A DNA stretch of 64,000 nucleotides from Gammaproteobacteria bacterium. Its GTDB lineage: Bacteria; Pseudomonadota; Gammaproteobacteria; Tenderiales; Tenderiaceae. A model generated the notes under the pieces. That model searched no databases. It was not told where the DNA came from and worked only from the letters and a program-made list of their open reading frames with translations. The position numbers were made by a program, and so were the translations under genes. The stretch covers positions 139,067-203,066 of the forward strand of contig JACQEP010000016.1 of NCBI GenBank assembly GCA_016200485.1, given 5' to 3'. Positions 28,893-47,769 of the stretch are shown here, piece after piece. Each line of letters starts with the position of its first letter. Position 1 is the first letter of the stretch.

Positions 28893-29022
28893 GACGCGGA
28901 GGCGCGGAGACGCAAAGGGAGCTAAAATTGTTAATGGGATATTCATGCTTATCAACCACTAACAAACTGACAAGGACAAACGCCCCAGTTCCAGCTCCTC
29001 TCTGCGTCTCCGCGCCTCCGCG
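28893..29022. repeat. long-stem hairpin element E1 (21-bp stem ACGCGGAGGCGCGGAGACGCA, ~88-nt loop)
   Basis: The arms at 28893-28913 and 29002-29022 are reverse complements. The stem is made of CGCRGAGR octamers. Sits between gltD and hemE. Confidence 0.75.
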
Positions 29023-29030
29023 TTGGGTTT

Positions 29031-30455
<1,425 letters not shown>

Positions 30456-30474
30456 TTACATCATCACGCATCAA

Positions 30475-34923
<4,449 letters not shown>

Positions 34924-35109
34924 AGCGGATCACACTAACTGGTTGATTGATATGAGCTCATCGTTGCGCCAAACCCCGCCTGCCGACGCCTGCATAGTTG
35001 CGGCACAAAAGGGGTCAGGAGTATACCTCCCCTCAGCCCCGGGACGCAAACCACCGACCTCAAACCTGTCTAGCGCATGGGTTTACATTTATATAGACAA
35101 CGATGAAGG

Positions 35110-36612
35110 TTACTTTGCTGCTTGCCTAACACTATCGAAATTACGGATCCAGGGTTTGTTTAACCCCCAGTCCTGCATGACTGTCGTCGCGGCTTTTTGG
35201 GCCTGTTCCTGGCTCGGGTAACTGCCATACACCAATACCGTCAGCAGCTTACCGTTACGCTTCACTTGGAACGTAGCGCTGTCTTTCTCGATCCTGCGCT
35301 CCTTGATGAAATTCTGAACCTTGGCGGCATCTTCCATTGCCATTAACTGCAAGGTGTAATGATTGCCGCCTTGAGCCTGGAGCCAGGCTTGATCCGGTTT
35401 ACCATTGGCGGCGACCTCGAGCTTAGGCTTGGTCGGCGCTTCTGCCGCTGGGGCGGGTGCTACTGGAGCTGCCTTGGTCGCTGCAACGGCAGCAGCAGGC
35501 GCAAACTCTGTTTTTGGCTTGGTTTCAACCATTGGCGCGGGCTTGGTCGTTGCCGTCGAAGCCACAGGGGCATCAATCACTGGTTTTGCTGCTGGCGCAG
35601 TTACTTCGGCCACAGGCTCGGCCGGCGTCGACTCGGCCTCCTCCCGCCGGATATCACCCTTCAATTGCGGCACAGGCAAGGGCTGCACGGCGGCCACTTC
35701 TTGGCTCACTGTCGCTGTAGGCTGCGCCGATGGCGTAAACAGCTGGTTAATCTTGTTCTGCCAAATCAGAACTGCTCCAGCACCCGTAATCAACACACTG
35801 ATCCCCAGCCACCGCCATGGCAGATTCGTGGCAAATCGGCGGCTACCGCCGCGCGACTTGGCCAACACCTCGCGCGCTTGCTGATTGATTTGTGCCGGAA
35901 TCCCTTGCGAACGTTTGTAAATCCGCCGCAGCACTGAGTCACTGAACGCACCCAGCTCATAATCGGCATCGGCGATCGTCAGCCGATGCCGCACATAATC
36001 GGCGGTGGCCCGTTCATCCAGAGGATCAATGCGCACGGTGTATTCAGCCGGTTGCGGCAAAACAGCCAGGAGTTTGGCCAATGACTCGGTCACCCCGGAG
36101 AGAATCAGATCCAAGCCTATCTGGCTGCGTTCATCCCGCAACAACGCTTGTAACAGCGCGATCACTTCCTCGCCTAGCAAATCCGCATTTTCCAGTACAA
36201 TAATGGCACGCCGGCCGCTACGACCCAGCTGCTGCATGTAAAAGCCCAGCTCTTCCAGCGTCTCCTGACGCGACCATTTGGAATTGACCCGCACGCCGAT
36301 TTGTGTGGCCAGATCGCGTAAAAATTCATCGGCGCCGGTCAAAGAATGGCAACGAATCACACCCACGCGCCAATTCTCGCTGGTACGTGCCACAAGTTGT
36401 GCCAACAGACATGACTTACCAACACCAGCCGGACCTTCAACGGCGATCAGGCGATAATGCGGCGCTAAGTGGATGAGCTTATTGAGGCTGAGCTTACGGT
36501 TTTCATCGAGAAAATAACGGTCTTCCACGACCTGATCGGAAAACGGATCGCGCGCTTCTACCAAAAAGGAATCAGCGGCGGTTAGCGGCACACTGTCAAA
36601 ATCGATATCCAT
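35110..36612 (-). CDS. AAA ATPase (ExeA-like) with C-terminal SPOR peptidoglycan-binding domain (DamX-like)
   Basis: 500 aa, Walker A VEGPAGVGKS, Ala/Pro-rich linker, C-terminal SPOR region (GNHYTLQLMAMEDAAKVQNFI...). Confidence 0.65.
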   Translation of the reverse strand: MDIDFDSVPLTAADSFLVEARDPFSDQVVEDRYFLDENRKLSLNKLIHLAPHYRLIAVEGPAGVGKSCLLAQLVARTSENWRVGVIRCHSLTGADEFLRDLATQIGVRVNSKWSRQETLEELGFYMQQLGRSGRRAIIVLENADLLGEEVIALLQALLRDERSQIGLDLILSGVTESLAKLLAVLPQPAEYTVRIDPLDERATADYVRHRLTIADADYELGAFSDSVLRRIYKRSQGIPAQINQQAREVLAKSRGGSRRFATNLPWRWLGISVLITGAGAVLIWQNKINQLFTPSAQPTATVSQEVAAVQPLPVPQLKGDIRREEAESTPAEPVAEVTAPAAKPVIDAPVASTATTKPAPMVETKPKTEFAPAAAVAATKAAPVAPAPAAEAPTKPKLEVAANGKPDQAWLQAQGGNHYTLQLMAMEDAAKVQNFIKERRIEKDSATFQVKRNGKLLTVLVYGSYPSQEQAQKAATTVMQDWGLNKPWIRNFDSVRQAAK

Positions 36613-36682
36613 GGCATTGGCACCCGCAAACTAAGAACGGCAGTGCCACAAATCTAGCATGAAAAACCCTGTAGAGGGGAAG

Positions 36683-36706
36683 TAGGGGCGATTCACGAAT
36701 CGCCCA
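36683..36706. repeat. REP-like palindrome copy TAGGGGCGATTCACGAATCGCCCA
   Basis: Lies at the 3' end of the WGR gene. Confidence 0.7.
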
Positions 36707-36712
36707 ATGCGA

Positions 36713-36964
36713 CTAATTTTCGCGCAGCCCTTCGACAAATACCACCCGGTAACCCTTCTTGACCTGGGCATCACGGGTCGCGAGCAGGGCCGATTCAGCC
36801 TGCTCGCGACTGGGATAATGCTCGCGTTTGAGCCGCCCACCCGAACCCTGATAGCCCCATTCTTTCACCAACGACCAGCCTTCCAGCAAATCCGGCTGTA
36901 AAAACAAGTGGTAAAAGCGCGGCGCCTCTTCGGCAGCGGGCGGGGTTTGTAAATAAATTCTCAT
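36713..36964 (-). CDS. WGR-domain protein
   Basis: 83 aa, PRFYHLFLQPDLLEGWSLVKEWGYQGSGGRLKREHYPSREQAESAL...KKGYR fits the WGR pattern. 12 bp downstream of dgt. Confidence 0.55.
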   Translation of the reverse strand: MRIYLQTPPAAEEAPRFYHLFLQPDLLEGWSLVKEWGYQGSGGRLKREHYPSREQAESALLATRDAQVKKGYRVVFVEGLREN

Positions 36965-36975
36965 GCCATTCTTTC

Positions 36976-38139
36976 TTAGGTGAGCGCCGCCGGACTAAAC
37001 ATCCGATCATGTTCAAGAATGGCATAGCGATCCGTCATCCCGGCGATGTAATCGGCCACCGCCCTCGCTCGCCCGGGCTCTCCCTGCTCGACTTCAAAAT
37101 AACGAGCATGTTCGGCCTGTTCTGGCGGCAACAATTTCGGTTCGGCCATGAACGCGGCAAACAAATCGCGGATGACACGACTGGCCTTGCTGGTCATGCG
37201 CTGTACGCGGTAATGCTGATAGAGATTGTGGCGCAGGAAGCGTTTCAATTCGGAATTCAGCTGCCGCATCGGTTCACTGAAGCTGACTAATGGCTGCTGC
37301 TGTTGACGCACATCATCAATGCTTGCCGGTTGAATCTGAGCCAGCGTGGCGCGCGTGTTGTTGACCAAATCACTGACCTGGGCATTGATCATGCGGCGAA
37401 TGATTTCATGTGTCTGACGCCGGCCACCCAGTTCGGGATATCGCTGCGCCACTTCATCGTGCTGACGGCGAAATAACTCGATTTCACACAACTGCTCGAC
37501 GCTAATCAACCCGGCGCGCAGGCCATCGTCAACATCATGATTGTTATAGGCAATTTCATCGGCCAGATTGGCGAGTTGCGCCTCCAGACCGGGCTGGCGC
37601 TTTTCCAGAAACCGTTGCCCCAGATCGCCAAGCGTTGCCACCTTACCAAGACTGCAATGTTTAAGTATTCCCTCGCGCGTTTCAAAGGTGAGATTCAAGC
37701 CGGGAAAATCGGCATATTTTTCTTCCAGCTCATCCACCACACGCAACGATTGCAGATTGTGTTCGAAACCACCGTAATCACGCATGCATTCATTCAACAC
37801 ATCCTGCCCCGCATGGCCAAACGGCGTATGACCAAGATCGTGCGCCAGCGCAATCGCTTCCGTCAGATCTTCATTCAAGCCCAGCACGCGCGCAATCGAG
37901 CGCCCGATCTGCGCCACTTCAATCGAATGCGTGAGCCGGGTGCGGAACATGTCGCCTTCATGATTGACGAAGACCTGGGTTTTATACTCCAGACGCCGGA
38001 AGGCAGATGAATGGACGATGCGATCGCGATCGCGCTGATATTCACTGCGATACGTGGGCGCGGGCTCGGCATGACAACGTCCCCGCGAACGCTCTGGATG
38101 CGCCGCATAGACAGCAAGTGGCAATGTTCGCTCTTCCAT
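36976..38139 (-). CDS. dgt: dGTP triphosphohydrolase-like HD-domain protein
   Basis: 387 aa. The HD motif is [10 protein letters not shown]...[12 protein letters not shown]. Confidence 0.8.
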   Translation of the reverse strand: MEERTLPLAVYAAHPERSRGRCHAEPAPTYRSEYQRDRDRIVHSSAFRRLEYKTQVFVNHEGDMFRTRLTHSIEVAQIGRSIARVLGLNEDLTEAIALAHDLGHTPFGHAGQDVLNECMRDYGGFEHNLQSLRVVDELEEKYADFPGLNLTFETREGILKHCSLGKVATLGDLGQRFLEKRQPGLEAQLANLADEIAYNNHDVDDGLRAGLISVEQLCEIELFRRQHDEVAQRYPELGGRRQTHEIIRRMINAQVSDLVNNTRATLAQIQPASIDDVRQQQQPLVSFSEPMRQLNSELKRFLRHNLYQHYRVQRMTSKASRVIRDLFAAFMAEPKLLPPEQAEHARYFEVEQGEPGRARAVADYIAGMTDRYAILEHDRMFSPAALT

Positions 38140-38142
38140 TGA

Positions 38143-39246
38143 CTACTCCCGACATTGCTCCAACGTTTGGCGCAAGGCATCTGCTTTAAAATCCGCCGTC
38201 ACTACTGCTTCACCGATAGCGCGCAACAACACCAGACGCAACTGGCCTTCTTCAACCTTCTTGTCCACCGCCATCAAATCCAGCATCCGCTCCACACTCA
38301 GCGCCTTTGGCGCGCGCAAGGGTAACTTTGACCGCTGCAACAAGGCTTCGATTCGCTGCACAGCGGCGCGATCAATCCAGCCCAGGCGCGCCGACAAATC
38401 AGCAGCCATCGCCATCCCCGCCGCCACCGCCTCACCATGCAACCAGGCGCCATAACCCATGCCGGTCTCAATGGCGTGGCCAAAGGTATGCCCCAGATTG
38501 AGCAACGCACGCTGGCCTTGCTCGGTTTCATCTGCCGCCACCACTTCCGCCTTGTTACGACAAGAACGCTCGACGGCGCAAGCCAATGCCGCCGGATCAC
38601 GCGCCAGCAACTGATCGATATTATGTTCCAGCCAGACAAAAAATTCCGGATCACGGATCACGCCATATTTAATCACTTCGGCCATGCCTGCCGCCAACTC
38701 ACGATCAGCGAGCGTATTCAAGGTCTCGGTATCGGCAATCACACACCGCGGCTGATAAAAGGCGCCGATCATGTTTTTACCCAGCGGATGATTCACCGCC
38801 GTTTTGCCACCCACGGAAGAATCCACCTGCGACAGCAAGGTGGTGGGGATTTGCACAAACGGCACGCCGCGCTGATAACAGGCGGCGGCAAACCCCGCCA
38901 TGTCGCCGATCACGCCACCGCCGAGTGCGACGATGGTCGCCTTGCGTGAAAAGCGATGCTGCAACAAAGCCGTGAAAATGTCGTTGAGCACGGTCAGCGA
39001 TTTGTATTCCTCGCCATCGGGCAGGATCACTGCTTCCACGCGGCGCCCCGCAAGCGCTGTTTTCACCACATCCAGATACAGGGGGGCAACCGTAGTATTA
39101 GTCACAATCAACACCTCTTTGCCGCCAAGATAGGGCGCGATCAATTCTGCGCGGCGCAATAAATCACGGCCGATAAAAATCGGATAACTGCGCTCACCAA
39201 GCTCCACCGTGAGTGTTTTCATACTGCCTTCATTCCCATGCTTCAT
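38143..39246 (-). CDS. aroB: 3-dehydroquinate synthase
   Basis: 367 aa, AroB-like throughout. Confidence 0.9.
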   Translation of the reverse strand: MKHGNEGSMKTLTVELGERSYPIFIGRDLLRRAELIAPYLGGKEVLIVTNTTVAPLYLDVVKTALAGRRVEAVILPDGEEYKSLTVLNDIFTALLQHRFSRKATIVALGGGVIGDMAGFAAACYQRGVPFVQIPTTLLSQVDSSVGGKTAVNHPLGKNMIGAFYQPRCVIADTETLNTLADRELAAGMAEVIKYGVIRDPEFFVWLEHNIDQLLARDPAALACAVERSCRNKAEVVAADETEQGQRALLNLGHTFGHAIETGMGYGAWLHGEAVAAGMAMAADLSARLGWIDRAAVQRIEALLQRSKLPLRAPKALSVERMLDLMAVDKKVEEGQLRLVLLRAIGEAVVTADFKADALRQTLEQCRE

Positions 39247-39800
39247 TCGTAATCATGATCGGGGCTGATTCGCCGCACCAGATCACGCACCACCTCGCGC
39301 GCGCCGTGTTTATCGGTATCGATAATGACATCCGCCATTTCGCGATACAACGGATCGCGCTGTTCCAATATTGCCGCCAACCGACTCCGCGGATCATCGG
39401 TCTGCAACAACGGCCGGTTCTTGTCGCGCGCTGTGCGCTCAAAGAGGGTATCCAACGAGGCGCGCAGATAAACTACCATCCCCCGCGCCGCCAGGTGGCG
39501 GCGGTTGTCCGGATCCAACACCGCCCCACCCCCGGTCGCCAAGACGATACCGCGCCGCTGAGTCAGCTCATCAATCACCGCCTGTTCCCGCTTGCGAAAA
39601 CCCGCCTCACCCTCAATTTCAAAAATCAGGGGGATAGAGACGCCGGTACGGTGCTCAATTTCATGATCGCTATCGACAAATTCCCACGCCAGCCGCTTGG
39701 CCAGCTGCCGGCCAATCGTGGTCTTGCCGGCGCCCATCGGCCCGACGAGAAAGACATTCTCGTGTTTGGCGGCGGGGAATGGGTAGGTATCGAAATTCAT
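39243..39800 (-). CDS. aroK: shikimate kinase
   Basis: 185 aa with the P-loop [11 protein letters not shown]. Confidence 0.9.
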   Translation of the reverse strand: MNFDTYPFPAAKHENVFLVGPMGAGKTTIGRQLAKRLAWEFVDSDHEIEHRTGVSIPLIFEIEGEAGFRKREQAVIDELTQRRGIVLATGGGAVLDPDNRRHLAARGMVVYLRASLDTLFERTARDKNRPLLQTDDPRSRLAAILEQRDPLYREMADVIIDTDKHGAREVVRDLVRRISPDHDYE

Positions 39801-39906
39801 AGAGGAGAAAATGTATCAGAAACACGGCCCTAACGCTAAATTCTGCAACCCCACAAAAGAACAGGGCCGCTGTTGCGGCCCTGGGTATCCTGCGAATGCC
39901 CACATG

Positions 39907-42123
39907 CTACTGAATCGATGAGCCCTCTTTAACGATCTTGGGCGTGATGAAGATCAGCAATTCTTCCTTGTTATCCGACTTGGTCGTCGAACGGAACATC
40001 CAGCCAATCAGCGGCAGATCACCGAAGAATGGCACCTTGGTCACGCCGTCGTTCTTCGATTGCTCATAAACCCCACCCAGGACCACGGTCTCGCCGTTCT
40101 GCACCAGCACCTGGGTATTGATCTCGCGGGTGTTGATACTGGGCACACCGTTATAAACAGTGCCCACACTGTCCTTATTGACCTTAAGATCCATGATCAC
40201 CCGGTCATCTGGCGTGATCTGGGGCGTAACCCGCAGGCTCAGCACTGCCTTCTTGAACGATACGGATGTTGAACCTGATGAAGAAGCTTCCAGATAAGGG
40301 ATTTCCACACCTTGCTCAATCAGCGCTTCTTTCTGGTTAGCCGTGATCACACGCGGCGTCGAGATCACCTCGCCCTTGCCCTCACTCTGCATCGCCGACA
40401 GCTCGAGATCGACCATGGTGCCAAATGGCAGCTTGGCCAAACCCATGGCGATCGAACCCGCCGGGCTCGTCACCGGCAGATTGACATTGAGCCGGCCCGG
40501 CGCAACCAAAGTTTCATTGTTAATGAGCTGATCGACAGCCGTGATGCTGCCGGACGTGACACTCTCGTGACCGCTGGACGTCATACCGGTATCCCGTGAA
40601 ATACCAAAACGGGCACCCAGATCTCTACCAAAATCGCTATTGGCGATTACGATACGTGACTCGATCAACACCTGCTTCACCGGAATGTCCAGAGATGCGA
40701 TCAGTTTGCGCGCCTGCGCCAGTTTGTCCGCAGTATCCTGCACTAATAAGGTATTGGTACGGGTATCGATGGACACACTGCCGCGCGACGACAAGACGCT
40801 GTTCTTCTCCGCCTTGAGCAGGGTGGCAATATCGGCCGCACGGGCATAATTAATTTGAATCATCTCGGAATACAGTGGCTCCAGCTCCTGGATCTGGCGC
40901 CGCGACTCAAGATCCTGTTTCTCGCGGGCAGCGATTTCATCCGCCGGACCGATGTAAACCACATTATCCGTCTTGCGCATGTCCAGACCCTTCGTCTTGA
41001 GGATGATGTCCAGCGCCTGATCCCACGGTACATTTTGCAAACGCAGCGTTAAGCTGCCTTTGACCGTATCGCTGGTTACCAGATTCATGTTGGTAAAATC
41101 AGCGATCAACTGCAATACTGCACGCACCTCAATATTCTGGAAATTCAGCGACAACCGGTCGCCGGTATAGCTCTTCTTTGGGCCGGCCGCCAGCATCTCC
41201 TTGTCTTTTTCATCGGTCTTTTTGACTTCGATAGTCAGCAGGTTGTCCGATTGAAAAGCCAAATGCTCATAGGCGCCCTTGGCGCTGATCAGCATCCGCA
41301 CACCACTGCCCTGACGCACCGTTTCAATATCCGTCACCGGCGTTGCAAAATCCGTGACATCCAAACGTTGCGACAGCTGTTCCGGCAAGGTGGCATCCAT
41401 GAAATCGACAGCGACCTTACCCGCTTCCTGATGAATATTGACGTTGGTGCCTGGATCGGAGAGCGTAACAATAATTCGGCCTTCGCCTTTCTCGCCACGA
41501 CGGAAATCAACGTTCTTGATCGAGCGGCCAACAGCAGGGGCATGCCCACTGACGACGGCAGACGGCCTGGTTTCGGCCATTGGCAGCATCGAGGTTGCCA
41601 CTTGCTCACTGGAATTGAGCACCACATAAATGTCATTACCCTCAACGCGCGTCTCATAAGGCACCAGACGCACGAGATTGAGCACCACACGAGTCCGGCC
41701 ATTAGCCTCCACTGCGCTTAGACTGCGGGCCACGCCGACGCCAATATTGGTATTGCGTTGTGGCAAGGCATTTTTGGTGCGCGCAAAATCAAAGGCGATG
41801 CGTGCTGGATTATCGATGGTAAAACTCAGCGGTTCGGACGCACCCTGCTTCATGGTAAATTTAATCTGCACCCGATTGCCGGCCAGATTCACAACATCTA
41901 CCGCCTGCAGCGCATTCTGATCCTGATTCGCAGTGGCCGTCTCGACAGGCGCCACAGCCTCCACCACCGGCGCTGTTTCAGCCGTTGCTTCTTCCTGCGC
42001 CAGCGCTACGCTCGGCAACAGCGATGCCAACAGCATCCACGCCAGTCGCGACTGATGCCGCCGCTCTTTAAAATTTGTCAGATCCGCTCGTATCATTGCC
42101 TTGCCCTCTATGGGATCACTCAA
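39907..42123 (-). CDS. pilQ: type IV pilus secretin
   Basis: 738 aa, N-terminal AMIN-like repeats, C-terminal secretin domain. Confidence 0.85.
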   Translation of the reverse strand: MSDPIEGKAMIRADLTNFKERRHQSRLAWMLLASLLPSVALAQEEATAETAPVVEAVAPVETATANQDQNALQAVDVVNLAGNRVQIKFTMKQGASEPLSFTIDNPARIAFDFARTKNALPQRNTNIGVGVARSLSAVEANGRTRVVLNLVRLVPYETRVEGNDIYVVLNSSEQVATSMLPMAETRPSAVVSGHAPAVGRSIKNVDFRRGEKGEGRIIVTLSDPGTNVNIHQEAGKVAVDFMDATLPEQLSQRLDVTDFATPVTDIETVRQGSGVRMLISAKGAYEHLAFQSDNLLTIEVKKTDEKDKEMLAAGPKKSYTGDRLSLNFQNIEVRAVLQLIADFTNMNLVTSDTVKGSLTLRLQNVPWDQALDIILKTKGLDMRKTDNVVYIGPADEIAAREKQDLESRRQIQELEPLYSEMIQINYARAADIATLLKAEKNSVLSSRGSVSIDTRTNTLLVQDTADKLAQARKLIASLDIPVKQVLIESRIVIANSDFGRDLGARFGISRDTGMTSSGHESVTSGSITAVDQLINNETLVAPGRLNVNLPVTSPAGSIAMGLAKLPFGTMVDLELSAMQSEGKGEVISTPRVITANQKEALIEQGVEIPYLEASSSGSTSVSFKKAVLSLRVTPQITPDDRVIMDLKVNKDSVGTVYNGVPSINTREINTQVLVQNGETVVLGGVYEQSKNDGVTKVPFFGDLPLIGWMFRSTTKSDNKEELLIFITPKIVKEGSSIQ

Positions 42124-42679
42124 CTATCGACATGGTTGCCGGGCGCTCCAACCAGCCGCCAAGTCCGTCCGGCACAATTTCAACCAACTCAATCTTTTCT
42201 TCATTCACGTTTAGAATGCGCCCATGGTTCTGGCCGAGATAATTGCCAGGCACCACTCGACTGACCAGTCCATCCGGGGTTTGCACCAGCGCAAACAATT
42301 GCTTGCCGCGCCGCATGGTGCCCACCATATGCAAGGTGTCCAGCGGGAAGCTTTCCATAGGCTCGCGGCGGCGCTCAAAATCAGGGTGCGGTCCAGTACC
42401 GGTATACTTTTTATTAGCACCGTTATTTTCCTGCGATAATTTTGTATCCCAAGTGACAAACGGATCATCCAAATTCATCGCTGCGTAGGCAAAATTCGCT
42501 GGCGGACTAAATTCCGGCATGGGTTCGATGCGACCCTTGTTCTTCGCCTTGACGTCGGCGATATAGCCCTGCAAATCGGCAAACTCACCGCTCGAACATG
42601 CTGCCAACAGCAACGTAGCCAATGACAACACCAATGACGTCCGCCACGACCGGGATCGATTATGATGATGAGCGCTCAC
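42116..42679 (-). CDS. pilP: type IV pilus assembly lipoprotein PilP
   Basis: 187 aa with a lipobox (LLAACSS). Position in the pilMNOPQ operon. Confidence 0.75.
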   Translation of the reverse strand: MSAHHHNRSRSWRTSLVLSLATLLLAACSSGEFADLQGYIADVKAKNKGRIEPMPEFSPPANFAYAAMNLDDPFVTWDTKLSQENNGANKKYTGTGPHPDFERRREPMESFPLDTLHMVGTMRRGKQLFALVQTPDGLVSRVVPGNYLGQNHGRILNVNEEKIELVEIVPDGLGGWLERPATMSIVE

Positions 42680-43328
42680 TTGGCCTTCTCCTCACCCTTG
42701 GCGGATTTATCTTCTTCCATATAACGGAAAGTCTTGGCGGTGGCCGTCATCACCAAACGATTACTCTTCTTTTCCTTACCTTCTTTTGGAGTTATTGCAA
42801 TATCATTCAACGTCACAATCCGCGGCAAGGCTGCCACGTCACTGACGAATTTGCCAAAGTCATGATAGGTGCCTGTGACCTTGATATTGATCGGCAGCTC
42901 GGCATAAAACTCGGCAGGCACCTCGGGCACCGGCTTGAACAATTCAAAATTAAGCCCATTGGCAACGCCGGCCTGGGACACATCTACCAACAAGGCAGCC
43001 ACCTCCGTTTTACTCGGCAGCTGGCGCAGCATCGTGCCAAATGACTGTTCCATTTCCGTCATTTGCTGCTTGTATTCTTCAACATTCACCGCGCGGTAAT
43101 GTTTTTGCTCGAATGTTTGTTTCAGCTCTGCTTCTTTATTCCTGAGCGCCTCCAAGTTCGCCAATTGATTCTGGGTATCAAACCAATAGCCGGCAAACAA
43201 GACGGCGGCGCAGACAACAGCGATTGCCACCACCTTGACCGGCAACGGCCAGGCACCCGCATCGTTGAAATCGAGATTCTTGAATTGTTCGAGGTCAATC
43301 GACTTGAGGTCTTTTAGATTGAGGTTCA

Positions 43329-43329
<1 letters not shown>
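42676..43329 (-). CDS. pilO: type IV pilus assembly protein PilO
   Basis: 217 aa, single TM plus coiled coil. Operon position. Confidence 0.75.
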
Positions 43330-45055
<1,726 letters not shown>

Positions 45056-45250
45056 CTACGGGTTATCGGGCATTCATGCCCATACTTAAGTCTCTTCACA
45101 AGAGCAATCATGCGATAATTCCAATAGTTAGTGCTATCCGTCAATCATTATGTGAACTAGTTATCGGTAACTGCCTGTCAAACATTAGCTGTACTACGGT
45201 AAGATACACGGCCATGTTCACTTTACCTTCGACCTGATCCGAGTCTATAC

Positions 45251-47665
45251 ATGAAACTGTTTAACAATTTTCTGCGTCGCATCCTCTTCGGGATCCTGGC
45301 CTTAGGCCTCCTCGGCCTGGTCGGACTGGGTGCCTCATTCGCCATTCTGATCCCGCAGCTGCCATCGGTGGAAATGCTGCGCGACATCCAATTCCAGGTC
45401 CCGCTTCAGGTTTTTGCCGAGGACGGCCAGCTGATCGCTGAATATGGCACCAAAAAACGCATCCCGCTCAGCTACGATCAAGTCCCGGAGCCGATGATCA
45501 AGGCCGTACTCGCTGCCGAAGATGATCGCTTTTTTCATCATCCTGGGGTTGACTACCAAGGCCTGGTTCGTGCCGCCGTGGTATTGGCCACCACCGGTGA
45601 AAAGGCTCAGGGCGGCAGCACCATTACCATGCAGGTTGCGCGTAACTTCTTTCTCAGCAACGAAAAGACCTATTTGCGCAAACTCAACGAAATCCTGCTG
45701 TCCTTCAAGATCGAACATGAGCTGACCAAGGAACAAATCCTGGAGCTTTATCTGAACAAGATCTATCTCGGCAATCGTGCCTATGGTGTAGGCGCGGCTG
45801 CGCAAATTTATTATGGCAAGCCATTGGCCGAACTAAGCATCGATCAATTTGCCATGATCGCAGGCCTGCCCAAGGCCCCTTCGCGCTACAACCCCATCGC
45901 CGACCCACAGCGCGCCCTGTTAAGACGCGACTACGTCCTCAAACGGATGCGGCAACTGCGATTTATTTCCGACAAGGAATACGAAACGGCAAAGGCGCAA
46001 CCCTCGGGGGCTACCTTGCACGCCTCCGCCATCGGCGCCGATGCACCCTACATCGGCGAAATGGTCCGTGCCGATCTTTACGCTCAATACGGTGAAGATG
46101 CCTATACCAAAGGCCTCAACGTTTACACCACCCTCAACTCATCGCTGCAATCCGCATCCGATACCGCACTGCGCAAGGGATTACTCGATTTCGAACGTCG
46201 CCACGGCTACCGTGGCCCGGTGCGCAAAGTACAAATTGACTCCCGCGCCGATGCCGCCCAGCTGCCCGATCTGCTCGCCTCGGATCCGGACATCGGTGGA
46301 CTCAAGCCCGCATTGATTTTGTCGACTCAAGCCAGCACCGCCACTGCGCTGCTGGCCGATGGCAGCAAGATCAAACTCGAAGCAGATGGCTTATCCTGGG
46401 CCCTTCGTTCTGGCAAAACCAATCCCGTCGCCAGCGGCGATGTGGTCTATGTTGAAAACGTTACCCCCGGCAAGTGGTCTTTGGCACAAATCCCCGCAGT
46501 TTCGGGCGCGACCGTGTCTATCGATCCCGATAACGGCGCAATTCGCGCCTTAAGCGGCGGCTTCGATTTTTACCAGAGCAAATTCAATCGCGTGATCCAG
46601 GCCAAACGCCAGCCGGGCTCCAGCTTCAAGCCGTTTATCTATTCAGCGGCGCTGGAACATGGCTTCACTGCGGCCTCGATTATCAATGACGCGCCTGTCG
46701 TTTTCGACGACCCCAGCCTCGAATCCGCATGGCGGCCGGAAAACTTCAGCGGTAAATTCTATGGCCCGACCCGCATGCGCGAAGCCCTCACTCACTCGCG
46801 TAACCTGGTATCCATCCGTTTATTACAAGCCGTGGGCCCTGATGTCGCCCTCGACCACGCCACCCGCTTCGGGTTCGACCGCAGCCATCTGCCGCGCAAC
46901 TTGTCGTTAGCCCTGGGCAGCGGTGAAGTCACCCCGCTCGAATTGGCGCGTGGCTATACCGTGTTCGCTAATGGCGGATTTCTGGTGCAGCCTTATTACA
47001 TCTCACGCATCGAAGACATGAATGGCAAACTCCTGTTCCAGGCCAAACCCGTCGTCGCTTGTCGTGAATGCGAACCCGTGATCACCCCCAGCGCTGACGG
47101 CACAACGCCCACCGAGACGGCGCCCGCACCCACCACCACTGCCAGCGGCCAACCGCTGGCGAAGCGTACCGTCTCCCCGCAAAATATCTACATCATGACC
47201 AGCATGATGCGTGACGTCATCCGCGCAGGCACCGCCACCCGCGCGATGCAGCTTGGCCGCAACGACCTCGCCGGTAAAACAGGCACCACCAATGATCAGC
47301 GTGACGCCTGGTTCGCTGGCTTTAATAAAGACTTGGTTACCGTCAGCTGGGTTGGTTTCGATGATTCGCACCCGCTGGGCAACGATGAAACCGGTGGCCG
47401 TTCGGCCCTGCCGATCTGGATGGACGTCATGCGCGTCGCTTTAGAGGGCAAACCGCAAATCGATCCCCCGCAACCGCCGGGTATCATTAGCGTTCGCATC
47501 GATCCGGAGACAGGCATGTTAGCGCGCGGCAATCAGGCCAATGCCATTTTTGAAATTTTCAAGGTTGAAGATGCACCGCAACGACAAAGCGACCTGCCTG
47601 ACGATTCCGTCTCCTCAGGCAGCCGCGGGCGCGATGGCGGCACGGCATCGCAGCCGCTGTTCTGA
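45251..47665 (+). CDS. mrcA: penicillin-binding protein 1A (bifunctional transglycosylase/transpeptidase)
   Basis: 804 aa, GT51 motifs (EDDRFFHHPGVD, GGSTITMQ) and transpeptidase motifs SSFKP and KTGTT. Confidence 0.9.
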   Translation: MKLFNNFLRRILFGILALGLLGLVGLGASFAILIPQLPSVEMLRDIQFQVPLQVFAEDGQLIAEYGTKKRIPLSYDQVPEPMIKAVLAAEDDRFFHHPGVDYQGLVRAAVVLATTGEKAQGGSTITMQVARNFFLSNEKTYLRKLNEILLSFKIEHELTKEQILELYLNKIYLGNRAYGVGAAAQIYYGKPLAELSIDQFAMIAGLPKAPSRYNPIADPQRALLRRDYVLKRMRQLRFISDKEYETAKAQPSGATLHASAIGADAPYIGEMVRADLYAQYGEDAYTKGLNVYTTLNSSLQSASDTALRKGLLDFERRHGYRGPVRKVQIDSRADAAQLPDLLASDPDIGGLKPALILSTQASTATALLADGSKIKLEADGLSWALRSGKTNPVASGDVVYVENVTPGKWSLAQIPAVSGATVSIDPDNGAIRALSGGFDFYQSKFNRVIQAKRQPGSSFKPFIYSAALEHGFTAASIINDAPVVFDDPSLESAWRPENFSGKFYGPTRMREALTHSRNLVSIRLLQAVGPDVALDHATRFGFDRSHLPRNLSLALGSGEVTPLELARGYTVFANGGFLVQPYYISRIEDMNGKLLFQAKPVVACRECEPVITPSADGTTPTETAPAPTTTASGQPLAKRTVSPQNIYIMTSMMRDVIRAGTATRAMQLGRNDLAGKTGTTNDQRDAWFAGFNKDLVTVSWVGFDDSHPLGNDETGGRSALPIWMDVMRVALEGKPQIDPPQPPGIISVRIDPETGMLARGNQANAIFEIFKVEDAPQRQSDLPDDSVSSGSRGRDGGTASQPLF

Positions 47666-47683
47666 AAAAACGAGCGAAACCCT

Positions 47684-47762
47684 AACGCGAAGGCGCAAAG
47701 ATAACGCTCAATGAGTGCGTTCGTATTTTTAGCTTTTCTCCGCACCTTTGCGCCTTCGCGTT
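47684..47762. repeat. long-stem hairpin element E2 (perfect 17-bp stem AACGCGAAGGCGCAAAG, 45-nt loop)
   Basis: The arms are at 47684-47700 and 47746-47762. Sits between convergent mrcA and gltA, so probably a bidirectional terminator. Confidence 0.75.
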
Positions 47763-47769
47763 GGATTTT

